DNA of 64,000 nucleotides from NCBI RefSeq assembly GCF_056712565.1, contig NZ_CM160072.1; one strand, 5' to 3'. Shown piece by piece: positions 50,834 to 59,152 of this stretch (position 1 is its first letter; each line of letters starts with the position of its first letter). The notes under the pieces were generated by a model. It saw only the letters and a program-made list of their open reading frames with translations, ran no database searches and was not told where the DNA came from. The position numbers and the translations under genes were made by a program.

Positions 50834-51274
50834 ATGAAAAAACTAACCTTTGAAATTCGATCTCCGGCACATCAGCAAAACGCTATTCACGCAGTACAGC
50901 AAATCCTTCCAGACCCAACCAAACCAATCGTAGTAACCATTCAGGAACGCAACCGCAGCTTAGACCAAAACAGGAAGCTATGGGCCTGCTTAGGTGACGT
51001 CTCTCGTCAGGTTGAATGGCATGGTCGCTGGCTGGATGCAGAAAGCTGGAAGTGTGTGTTTACCGCAGCATTAAAGCAGCAGGATGTTGTTCCTAACCTT
51101 GCCGGGAATGGCTTTGTGGTAATAGGCCAGTCAACCAGCAGGATGCGTGTAAGCGAATTTGCGGAGCTATTAGAGCTTATACAGGCATTCGGTACAGAGC
51201 GTGGCGTTAAGTGGTCAGACGAAGCGCGACTGGCTCTCGAATGGAAAGCGCGATGGGGAGATCGGGCTGCATGA
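50834..51274 (+). CDS. ninB: NinB (Orf) recombination mediator
   Basis: 146 aa MKKLTFEIRSPAHQQNAIHAVQQILPDPTKPIVVTIQERNRSLDQNRKLW... Confidence 0.92.
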   Translation: MKKLTFEIRSPAHQQNAIHAVQQILPDPTKPIVVTIQERNRSLDQNRKLWACLGDVSRQVEWHGRWLDAESWKCVFTAALKQQDVVPNLAGNGFVVIGQSTSRMRVSEFAELLELIQAFGTERGVKWSDEARLALEWKARWGDRAA

Positions 51275-51798
51275 CTATCAAATCAAATACGCCAGCACAC
51301 GACAAGGACTGCTGGCAAACGCCGCTTTGGCTTTTTGATGCACTGGATATTGAGTTTGGATTCTGGCTGGATTCGGCAGCGAGCGACAAAAATGCTCTGT
51401 GCGCTCACTGGCTAACTGAGGACGACGACGCGCTCAATTCTGAGTGGGTAAGCCACGGTGCAATCTGGAATAACCCACCGTACAGCAATATCAGGCCGTG
51501 GGTGGAAAAAGCCGCTGAGCAGTGTATACAACAGCGACAGACGGTAGTGATGCTTGTGCCAGAGGATATGTCTGTCGGATGGTTCAGCAAGGCTCTGGAG
51601 AGTGTTGACGAAGTTCGTATTATCACTGATGGACGGATTAATTTTATCGAACCATCGACAGGGCTGGAGAAGAAGGGAAACAGCAAAGGCTCCATGCTGC
51701 TGATTTGGCGACCGTTCATCAGTCCTCGACGGATGTTTACTACCGTATCCAAAGCGGCATTGATGGCGATCGGGCAGGGCGTCAGGAGGGCTGCATGA
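51271..51798 (+). CDS. Phage Dam-like DNA N6-adenine methyltransferase (orphan)
   Basis: 175 aa with NPPY catalytic motif (WNNPPYSN); ATGA-coupled to ninB and ninE; no adjacent restriction gene. Confidence 0.75.
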   Translation: MTIKSNTPAHDKDCWQTPLWLFDALDIEFGFWLDSAASDKNALCAHWLTEDDDALNSEWVSHGAIWNNPPYSNIRPWVEKAAEQCIQQRQTVVMLVPEDMSVGWFSKALESVDEVRIITDGRINFIEPSTGLEKKGNSKGSMLLIWRPFISPRRMFTTVSKAALMAIGQGVRRAA

Positions 51799-51971
51799 GA
51801 CGACAGCGACGAAGCATCACCGACATAATCTGCGAAAACTGCAAATACCTTCCAACGAAACGCTCCAGAAATAAACGCAAGCTAATCCCAAAAGAATCTG
51901 ACGTAAAAACCTTCAATTACACAGCCCACCTGTGGGATATCCGGTGGCTAAGATATCGTGCGAGGAAATGA
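51795..51971 (+). CDS. ninE: NinE
   Basis: 58 aa from ATG at 51795 ([29 protein letters not shown]...), AGGAGG RBS. Confidence 0.8.
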   Translation: MRRQRRSITDIICENCKYLPTKRSRNKRKLIPKESDVKTFNYTAHLWDIRWLRYRARK

Positions 51972-52315
51972 CAATGGATTATTCACAGTTAAGTGATTTT
52001 GAAATTAACAGAATGGTAGGAGACATAATTTTTAAAGGCCTTTGGGCAAGTAAACCGGAAACATCAGGGAATAACACCAACAAATGGTATTACGGAAATG
52101 CTGATACAACTTTTGAGCCATTAAATCATTTGCCTGACTACTGCAATGATCCGAGCGCTTCATGGCCGATTATTGAGAAATACAGGATTTCTATCTTAGA
52201 CCAGTTAACTGAATGGTGTGTGGATGCAAAAGGCGTAAGCCCAATATTTGATACCAGACCTCTCCGCGCCGCCATGATTGTCTTTCTCCTGATGCAGGAG
52301 GCCAATAATGCTTAG
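51968..52315 (+). CDS. Hypothetical nin-region protein
   Basis: 115 aa from ATG overlapping the ninE stop ([24 protein letters not shown]...). Confidence 0.5.
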   Translation: MTMDYSQLSDFEINRMVGDIIFKGLWASKPETSGNNTNKWYYGNADTTFEPLNHLPDYCNDPSASWPIIEKYRISILDQLTEWCVDAKGVSPIFDTRPLRAAMIVFLLMQEANNA

Positions 52316-52393
52316 CCCATCTCAATCCCTTCAATACCTGAAAGAAAGCATAGAGCGGGCTTCAATGTGCACAGAGTGGATTCTATCTAGGTT

Positions 52394-52522
52394 TAGCGCA
52401 TACAGAAGATTGCCGGTAAAGGGCATGCCAAGCAAGTCGATGCTGCATATGCAAAAGAATGCGCGCTGGAAGGTATGGCGAGAACACAGGTTATGTGGCT
52501 GAAAGAGGGGGTTATTAAGGCG
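52394..52522 (+). pseudogene. Start-less 3' remnant of a YbcO-like (DUF1364) gene coupled to rusA
   Basis: Open frame ...[29 protein letters not shown] ends on the rusA GTG start (GTGA overlap); no usable start and in-frame stops upstream; identification from memory. Confidence 0.35.
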
Positions 52523-52884
52523 TGAATACCTACAGCATCACATTACCCTGGCCTCCGAGCAATAATCGCTATTACCGCCATAATCGCGGGCGCACGCACG
52601 TCAGCGCAGAGGGGCAGGCATACCGCGATAACGTCGCCCGAATCATTAAAAACGCAATGCTGGATATCGGCCTGGCTATGCCTGTGAAAATCCGCATTGA
52701 GTGCCACATGCCGGATCGCCGTCGCCGTGACCTGGATAATCTGCAAAAAGCCGCTTTTGACGCACTCACTAAAGCAGGTTTCTGGCTGGATGATGCTCAG
52801 GTCGTTGATTACCGCGTTGTGAAGATGCCTGTTACCAAAGGTGGGAGGCTGGAACTGACCATCACCGAAATGGGGAATGAATGA
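52522..52884 (+). CDS. rusA: Holliday junction resolvase RusA
   Basis: 120 aa GTG start, [38 protein letters not shown]... Confidence 0.95.
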   Translation: MNTYSITLPWPPSNNRYYRHNRGRTHVSAEGQAYRDNVARIIKNAMLDIGLAMPVKIRIECHMPDRRRRDLDNLQKAAFDALTKAGFWLDDAQVVDYRVVKMPVTKGGRLELTITEMGNE

Positions 52885-53021
52885 TGTTTGAGTTTAATAT
52901 GGCAGAACTTCTTCGCCACCGCTGGGGGCGTCTGCGCTTATATCGTTTCCTCGGTTCTGTTTTGACCGATTACCGAATACTGAAGAATTACGCCAAAACC
53001 CTGACAGGAACAGGAGTATGA
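52881..53021 (+). CDS. ylcG: Small protein YlcG
   Basis: Hand-translated 46 aa [46 protein letters not shown]; ATGA overlap with rusA stop. Confidence 0.7.
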   Translation: MMFEFNMAELLRHRWGRLRLYRFLGSVLTDYRILKNYAKTLTGTGV

Positions 53022-53106
53022 AGTCAGAGATAACAATCAACTAATACTGTTTTGTTGATTTTTGCTTGTAATTGGCGTTCTGGTCTGATTTTTGTGGAGT
53101 AAGTTG

Positions 53107-53490
53107 ATGCGTGATATTCAGATGGTTCTTGAGCGTTGGGGTGCGTGGGCGGCTAATAATCATGAAGATGTGACCTGGTCGTCCATTGCCGCCGGTTTTA
53201 AGGGATTAATTCCTTCAAAAGTAAAATCTCGCCCGCAATGTTGTGACGATGACGCGATGATCATTTGCGGGTGCATGGCCCGTCTGAAAAAGAACAACAG
53301 CGATTTACACGATTTATTAGTAGATTATTATGTATGTGGTATGACATTCATGTCACTGGCAAGTAAGCATTGCTGCTCGGATGGTTATATCGGGAAAAGG
53401 TTACAGAAGGCTGAGGGCATAATTGAAGGGATGTTAATGGCATTAGATATCCGGTTAGATATGGATATCGTTGCTAATAATTCTAATTGA
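53107..53490 (+). CDS. Q: Late-gene antiterminator Q (phage 82/DLP12 quuD type)
   Basis: 127 aa from ATG at 53107 ([24 protein letters not shown]...), cysteine-rich zinc-binding region. Confidence 0.88.
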   Translation: MRDIQMVLERWGAWAANNHEDVTWSSIAAGFKGLIPSKVKSRPQCCDDDAMIICGCMARLKKNNSDLHDLLVDYYVCGMTFMSLASKHCCSDGYIGKRLQKAEGIIEGMLMALDIRLDMDIVANNSN

Positions 53491-53545
53491 TATGCAATTG
53501 TTTACTAAAAGTTATTAAAAATGGGGCGTGGAAACGCCCCCAAAA
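53491..53545 (+). promoter_or_regulatory. Candidate late promoter pR' / qut region
   Basis: AT-rich segment directly after Q with TTGATA and TTATTA hexamers and an early hairpin GGGGCGT-ggaa-ACGCCCC; hexamer assignment uncertain. Confidence 0.4.
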
Positions 53546-53631
53546 TAAAGGGTAATATATAACAGAAGGTTTATATAGTAAGAAGCAAGGTAGTGCTTCT
53601 AAAGGAAGTGGCTTGAGGGCTCCACTTATAT

Positions 53632-53667
53632 GTTGCGGAGGCAAAGCCTCCCGCAACATATCTTTTT
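53632..53667 (+). terminator. tR'-like intrinsic terminator downstream of Q
   Basis: GTTGCGGAGGC-aaa-GCCTCCCGCAAC followed by ATATCTTTTT; U-run only on the plus strand. Confidence 0.65.
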
Positions 53668-53678
53668 CGTAAGTCAGA

Positions 53679-54761
53679 TTAGAACTGATAAACCAGACCT
53701 ACAGCGACGATGTCGTCGGTATCAATACCAGCTGTTTTGGTAAACTTACTATCGTCAATTAAGTTGATTTTGTAATCAACAAAAGTGGACATGTTTTTAT
53801 TAAAGTAGTAAGTAGCACCGACATCGACATACTTGACTAAGTCTCGGTCACCATGAACACCAAGGTCTTTACCTTTTGACTGAAGGTAAGCAACAGATGG
53901 ACGCAGACCGAAGTCAAACTGATATTGTGCTACTGCTTCAAAGTTTTGTGCTTTGTTTGCAATATGGTTATTACCAAAAACGGTCATATTCTGAGTTTCA
54001 GAATATGTGGTAGCCAGATAGATATTGTTCGCATCATATTTCAGGCCTGCAGCCCATACTTCCGCATTTTTGCCGGAGGCATTGAATTTGCTCTTACCAT
54101 AGGCGACCTGACCGTCAGTGCGATCTGATTTAGCATAGGTTGCACCCACGCCGAATCCTTCATACTCATAAGTAGTGGAGAAACCGAAACCATCACCATT
54201 GGCTTCAGTTACGTCAGTGCGGTCATTTTTACCCTGATACTGAGCAGCAAAGTTCAGGCCATCGACCAGACCAAAGAAGTCGTTGTTACGATAAGTTGCA
54301 ACACCAGTAGTGCGACCAGTCATGAACACATCTGTTTGGGTCCAGGTATCACCACCGAATTCTGGCAGAACGTCAGTCCACGCACCGATGTCGTATGCTA
54401 CACCGTAGTTACGGCCGTAATCGATTGAGCCGTAATCACCAAATTTCAGGCCTGCAAATGCAAGACGGGTTTTGTCTTTGGAAGAACCTTGAGATTCAGC
54501 ACGGTTGCCTTTGAATTCATATTCCCACTGACCGAAACCAGTCAGTTGATCGTTGATTTGGGTTTCACCTTTGAAGCCAAGACGGGCATAAGTAGTATCA
54601 CCATCATCTGCATCATTAGAGGAGAAGTAGTGCTTGGCATTAACTTTCCCGTATAGATCCAGCTTGTTACTGTCTTTATTATAAATTTCAGCTGCCTGAG
54701 CAGACATCGCCATCAGTACTGATGCAGCTACAGCAGAAATTGCCACTGTTAATTTTTTCAT
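53679..54761 (-). CDS. nmpC: Phage-encoded OmpC-family general porin (Lc/NmpC-like)
   Basis: 360 aa from ATG at 54761 ([23 protein letters not shown] signal peptide), C-terminal ...VGLVYQF; between Q and lysis genes as in DLP12/PA-2. Confidence 0.88.
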   Translation of the reverse strand: MKKLTVAISAVAASVLMAMSAQAAEIYNKDSNKLDLYGKVNAKHYFSSNDADDGDTTYARLGFKGETQINDQLTGFGQWEYEFKGNRAESQGSSKDKTRLAFAGLKFGDYGSIDYGRNYGVAYDIGAWTDVLPEFGGDTWTQTDVFMTGRTTGVATYRNNDFFGLVDGLNFAAQYQGKNDRTDVTEANGDGFGFSTTYEYEGFGVGATYAKSDRTDGQVAYGKSKFNASGKNAEVWAAGLKYDANNIYLATTYSETQNMTVFGNNHIANKAQNFEAVAQYQFDFGLRPSVAYLQSKGKDLGVHGDRDLVKYVDVGATYYFNKNMSTFVDYKINLIDDSKFTKTAGIDTDDIVAVGLVYQF

Positions 54762-55187
54762 TGTACGCCCTTTTTTTGAACTATTATTAAAAAATGATGT
54801 CACTGCGCGATAAATATTCATCTAATCAATGTGATTATTTCAAGATGTAAGTTTTAGTTTCTCATTTAATTTGTGAAGTAGATCTCTATTTTTATCTGAA
54901 CCTTTTCTATCTAATCCTATTCATGGCTCTTGTCTGAACAAAAATAAATCTATTAGCTAATTTATATTAATGGCACTTATTTATAAGTGCTCTATAATTC
55001 TTTAGCTTAATTTAAACAAACTAAAAATAACATTGGAAATTATTAACTGGTTATTTGTTGAAGTTTTCTTATGCATTTGTGGTGGTGTTTTGAACACTCG
55101 GTGGCATTCTCACAAATATCATTTAGTAGTTTACGTACGTAAAAAATTGGTTATGCTGTTAAGAGTGGTTACTTCGTCACACAGCTT

Positions 55188-55220
55188 AAACCCGCCGTCG
55201 AGCGGGTTTTTCCATTTTTT
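55188..55220 (+). terminator. Second plus-strand intrinsic terminator upstream of the lysis genes
   Basis: AAACCCGC-cgtcga-GCGGGTTT followed by TTTCCATTTTTT. Confidence 0.55.
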
Positions 55221-55349
55221 GAGTCTCGATATTAGCTGATAACCCAATACCTGAGTTATTCACTGACTCCGAATCTGTTACGTTTCTGCCTTTATTGCGA
55301 TACGTAGTATCCCCTTAATTTACACCCGCTTTGTCTGCGAGGTGGGGTT

Positions 55350-55565
55350 ATGAAATCCATGGATAAGTTAACAACGGGTGTCGCCTATGGTACCTCAGCA
55401 GGTAGTGCCGGGTACTGGTTTTTACAGTTGCTCGATAAAGTCACGCCCTCACAGTGGGCGGCAATAGGTGTGCTGGGTAGCCTGGTATTTGGCCTGCTGA
55501 CGTACCTGACAAACCTTTATTTCAAGATTAAAGAAGATAAGCGCAAGGCTGCGAGAGGTGAATAA
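55350..55565 (+). CDS. S: Pinholin S21 (dual-start holin/antiholin)
   Basis: 71 aa [71 protein letters not shown]. Confidence 0.9.
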
Positions 55566-56062
55566 TGCCTCCATCATTACGAAAAGCCGTTGCTGCTGCT
55601 ATTGGTGGCGGAGCAATTGCTATAGCATCAGTGTTAATCACTGGCCCAAGTGGTAACGATGGTCTGGAAGGTGTCAGCTACATACCATACAAAGATATTG
55701 TTGGTGTATGGACTGTATGTCACGGGCATACAGGAAAAGACATCATGCTCGGTAAAACGTATACCAAAGCAGAATGCAAAGCCCTCCTGAATAAAGACCT
55801 TGCCACGGTCGCCAGACAAATTAACCCGTACATCAAAGTCGATATACCGGAAACAATGCGCGGCGCTCTTTACTCATTCGTTTACAACGTGGGTGCTGGC
55901 AATTTCAGAACATCGACGCTTCTTCGCAAAATAAACCAGGGCGATATCAAAGGCGCATGTGATCAGCTACGTCGCTGGACATATGCTGGCGGTAAGCAAT
56001 GGAAAGGTCTCATGACTCGTCGTGAGATTGAGCGTGAAATCTGTTTGTGGGGTCAGCAATGA
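55565..56062 (+). CDS. R: SAR endolysin R21 (lysozyme)
   Basis: 165 aa with N-terminal signal-anchor-release domain ([20 protein letters not shown]) and lysozyme domain. Confidence 0.9.
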   Translation: MPPSLRKAVAAAIGGGAIAIASVLITGPSGNDGLEGVSYIPYKDIVGVWTVCHGHTGKDIMLGKTYTKAECKALLNKDLATVARQINPYIKVDIPETMRGALYSFVYNVGAGNFRTSTLLRKINQGDIKGACDQLRRWTYAGGKQWKGLMTRREIEREICLWGQQ

Positions 56063-56520
56063 ACAGAGTAACCGCGATTATCTCCGCTCTGGTTATCTGC
56101 ATCATCGTCTGCCTGTCATGGGCTGTTAATCATTACCGTGATAACGCCATTACCTACAAAGCCCAGCGCGACAAAAATGCCAGAGAACTGACGCTGGCGA
56201 ACGCGGTAATTACTGACATACAGATGCGTCAGCGTGATGTTGCTGCGCTCGATGCAAAATACACGAAGGAGTTAGCTGATGCGAAAGCTGAAAATGATGC
56301 TCTGCGTGATGATGTTGCCGCTGGTCGTCGTCGGTTGCACATCAAAGCAGTCTGTCAGTCAGTGCGTGAAGCCACCACCGCCTCCGGCGTGGATAATGCA
56401 GCCTCCCCCCGACTGGCAGACACCGCTGAACGGGATTATTTCACCCTCAGAGAGAGGCTGATCACTATGCAAAAACAACTGGAAGGAACCCAGAAGTATA
56501 TTAATGAGCAGTGCAGATAG
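56059..56520 (+). CDS. Rz: Spanin inner-membrane subunit Rz
   Basis: 153 aa from ATG overlapping the R stop ([21 protein letters not shown]...). Confidence 0.85.
   Translation: MNRVTAIISALVICIIVCLSWAVNHYRDNAITYKAQRDKNARELTLANAVITDIQMRQRDVAALDAKYTKELADAKAENDALRDDVAAGRRRLHIKAVCQSVREATTASGVDNAASPRLADTAERDYFTLRERLITMQKQLEGTQKYINEQCR
56279..56461 (+). CDS. Rz1: Spanin outer-membrane lipoprotein Rz1 (embedded in Rz, +1 frame)
   Basis: 60 aa with lipobox LVVVGC and proline-rich tail, entirely inside Rz. Confidence 0.8.
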   Translation: MRKLKMMLCVMMLPLVVVGCTSKQSVSQCVKPPPPPAWIMQPPPDWQTPLNGIISPSERG

Positions 56521-56551
56521 AGCTGCCCATATCGATGGGCAACTCATGCAA

Positions 56552-56845
56552 TTATTGTGAGCAATACACACGCGCTTCCAGCGGAGTATAAATGCCTAAA
56601 GTAATAAAACCGAGCAATCCATTTACGAATGTTTGCTGGGTTTCTGTTTTAACAACATTTTCTGCACCACCACAAATTTTTGCTGCATCGACAGTTTTCT
56701 TCTGCCCAATTCCCGAAACGAAGAAATGATGGGTGATGGTTTCCTTTGGTGTTACTGCTGTAGGTTTGTTTCCAACAGTAAACGTCTGTTGAGCACATCC
56801 TGTAATAAGCATTGCCAGAGCGGCAGAAAACAACATTTTTTTCAT
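56552..56845 (-). CDS. bor: Bor outer-membrane lipoprotein (serum resistance)
   Basis: 97 aa from ATG at 56845, MKKMLFSAALAMLITGCAQQTFTV...EARVYCSQ. Confidence 0.88.
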   Translation of the reverse strand: MKKMLFSAALAMLITGCAQQTFTVGNKPTAVTPKETITHHFFVSGIGQKKTVDAAKICGGAENVVKTETQQTFVNGLLGFITLGIYTPLEARVYCSQ

Positions 56846-57325
56846 CTTATTATCCTGCATTGTTAAAAACGGCAGAATCCTATGTGACAACAATTAAACG
56901 ATAGTTAAATGGATTGATGAAAATTAAAACTACACAGGTGGGCTCAGACTATTGGAGGAAGTTGGGGACACTCAGAATCCTGTGGAATGAAATAAACCGG
57001 TCTATCCGTCCATTACCCTTTTAGCTGCGCTGTATCGTCGCCGTATTCCCGCATTAACCATGACCGTAGCCCGACGGGGAATTCCTTCTGCGTGAGTGTG
57101 CGGGAATAATTAAAAACGATGCACACCGGGTTTTTACCGCGTTAATGATTCGCGGGTTTATCCCGGTGCGATGGTGGAAGAAACAGGAAGCTGTATTACA
57201 GAAAGTGCTACTACTGTATCCCGATGCGATGTATGTAATGTGAGTCAGATAATGGCACAGGATGTGGTGATGTGGCAGTCTGGAACACAGGATATATTGT
57301 CAGAATAAGACCCGTAGGAATAAAA

Positions 57326-57652
57326 ATGAAAAGACGCCTTTTACTACTTTTTCTGTTATCTGTCCTGGCAGTGGGATGCTCGCAGCAAAAAGCTGATGAG
57401 CCCCGGCAATTAGTGACGGTGTATCCACGATATCCGGAATATGCTGCAGCAAATTATATCAAGGGGCTGGTTGAGGTTAAGTTCGATATTGGTGCTGATG
57501 GGACTGTGACACGGATCGTTTTTCTCCGCTCAGAGCCTCATAATTTGTTTCGTGATGAAGTGGTGAAGGCCATGGCGAAATGGCGATTTGAAAAGAATCG
57601 CCCCTGTCAGGGAGTGAAGAGACAATTTATCTTTACGCCGTCACGTCCTTGA
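57326..57652 (+). CDS. Lipoprotein with TonB-C-terminal-like domain (moron)
   Basis: 108 aa from ATG after AGGAA RBS; signal peptide plus lipobox (LAVGC); YPRYPEYAAANYIKGLVEVKFDIGADGTV resembles the TonB C-terminal fold. Confidence 0.5.
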   Translation: MKRRLLLLFLLSVLAVGCSQQKADEPRQLVTVYPRYPEYAAANYIKGLVEVKFDIGADGTVTRIVFLRSEPHNLFRDEVVKAMAKWRFEKNRPCQGVKRQFIFTPSRP

Positions 57653-57774
57653 TGCTTCCAGGTAGAGAGGGGCTGGAAGCAGGAGAAAAATGAAAGAGCC
57701 AGCGGTTATATTTTTGTCATGGCTGACGAGGAATGATGGAAGAAGGCGTTGTATGCCACACAACGCCTCACTGT

Positions 57775-58128
57775 TCATTTCTTCTTTTTCTCTGGTGGAA
57801 CCCGATGAATAAGAGTTGCACTGGTTTCCGATGAGATGGCGATATACTCGGGCAAAGTATGCTGGCAGTTTTCCAACTGGTCAAAAATACCTGCTCTCGT
57901 CTGTTGCAATGCCTGCAGCATGCGGCGGCAATGCGCCTTGCTTTTACTAACCATCTTTCCTTCCTCTATCAGTCGCTGCGTGAACTCATCATGGAATACC
58001 AGGTAAATGCGGATGTTATCGGTTTTGGCTACGCAGCATAGTACAAAACGGACAGGTGCATCCCGGGACGGGGGAGGCGTCACATGTCCCTGTGATGGTT
58101 GTTCCGGGTAATGTACTGTGTGGGGCAT
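57775..58128 (-). CDS. Hypothetical protein (possibly shorter, from internal start)
   Basis: 117 aa ORF between the lipoprotein gene and cos; no recognised motif. Confidence 0.25.
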   Translation of the reverse strand: MPHTVHYPEQPSQGHVTPPPSRDAPVRFVLCCVAKTDNIRIYLVFHDEFTQRLIEEGKMVSKSKAHCRRMLQALQQTRAGIFDQLENCQHTLPEYIAISSETSATLIHRVPPEKKKK

Positions 58129-58267
58129 AAAAATGTCCGATAATTTTACTTTCTACCGCAGTTAGTTGATTCGTTGGTCCTGGTAGCACATTGGGCGAGG
58201 ATTTAAATGCCAGGCAACTGAAGGATGATGTCGCAAGGGAGATAGCGAGAATATTTCTGATTTTCAT
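58016..58267 (-). CDS. Hypothetical small secreted Cys-rich protein
   Basis: 83 aa from ATG at 58267 with signal-peptide-like N-terminus (MKIRNILAISLATSSFSCLA); overlaps the previous ORF, only one is likely real. Confidence 0.3.
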   Translation of the reverse strand: MKIRNILAISLATSSFSCLAFKSSPNVLPGPTNQLTAVESKIIGHFYAPHSTLPGTTITGTCDASPVPGCTCPFCTMLRSQNR

Positions 58268-58415
58268 TTGATGATGCCTCTGTGTGAAATGACGGTAAAC
58301 GACGCACTTGTGCCGGCACATAATAGCAAGCACCATAATAGATCAGATTCGATTCTTGCTGTAAGTGATAATTATTCTCGTTTTCGGGTCCTTTCCGTCG
58401 ATCCAACAGGTTACG

Positions 58416-58427
58416 GGGCGGCGACCT
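58416..58427 (+). other. cosN cohesive-end sequence
   Basis: GGGCGGCGACCT is the 12-nt lambda cohesive end, in lambda-like context (ttacgGGGCGGCGACCTcgcggttttt). Confidence 0.85.
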
Positions 58428-58524
58428 CGCGGTTTTTCACTATTTATGAAAATTTTTCAGGGAAAATCGTGTCGGTACTTCTCGAATATAACTTTTTGTT
58501 TTTTTTAATATTGCATCCGTAAAG

Positions 58525-58575
58525 GTCCGACATGAAAGTGTCCGAAAATGCCTTTTTCTGGCGTTTTCATGTCGG
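58525..58575. repeat. cosB-like terminase-binding repeats
   Basis: GTCCGACATGAAA (58525-58537), GTGTCCGAAAATG (58538-58550), inverted TTTCATGTCGG (58565-58575), 30-80 nt upstream of Nu1. Confidence 0.6.
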
Positions 58576-58603
58576 GCCTTGTATTTGATAATGGGTTGTT
58601 TTC

Positions 58604-59152
58604 ATGAAGGTTAATAAAAAGAGGCTTGCCGAAATTTTCAACGTGGACCCGCGGACGATTGAACGCTGGCAGTCTCAGGGACTCCCTTGCGTCTCCAAAG
58701 GCAGTAAGGGCATTGAATCTGTATTTGATACTGCCATGGCAATTCAGTGGTATGCGCAGAGGGAAACTGATATCGAAAACGAAAAGCTCCGCAAAGAACT
58801 GGCCGATTTGCGTGCGGCAGCGGAGTCAGATTTACAACCCGGCACCATTGACTATGAACGCTACCGGCTCACAAAAGCGCAGGCAGATGCGCAGGAACTG
58901 AAAAATGCCCGTGAAGACGGAGTAGTGCTGGAAACTGAACTGTTTACCTTCATTCTGCAACGTGTGGCACAGGAGATTTCGGGGATACTTGTGCGTGTGC
59001 CGTTGACATTACAGCGTAAATATCCGGACATTTCACCATCACACCTTGATGTGGTGAAAACTGAAATCGCGAAAGCCTCCAATGTTGCAGCTAAGGCCGG
59101 TGAAAACGTGGGCGGGTGGATCGATGATTTCAGACGCGCAGAAGGCAGCTAA
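58604..59152 (+). CDS. Nu1: Terminase small subunit (Nu1 / phage 21 gp1 type)
   Basis: 182 aa [29 protein letters not shown]...[14 protein letters not shown], parallels lambda Nu1. Confidence 0.92.
   Translation: MKVNKKRLAEIFNVDPRTIERWQSQGLPCVSKGSKGIESVFDTAMAIQWYAQRETDIENEKLRKELADLRAAAESDLQPGTIDYERYRLTKAQADAQELKNAREDGVVLETELFTFILQRVAQEISGILVRVPLTLQRKYPDISPSHLDVVKTEIAKASNVAAKAGENVGGWIDDFRRAEGS

Noticed and set aside
52308-52502. 64-aa ORF between the 115-aa nin ORF and rusA as a confident gene
   Set aside because: Overlaps the YbcO-like remnant frame and has no recognisable features; kept only as a note under the ybcO-remnant finding.
55033-55239. 68-aa plus-strand ORF in the AT-rich block between porin and holin
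   Set aside because: Low-complexity AT-rich sequence, no RBS, runs through a terminator hairpin; more likely regulatory DNA.
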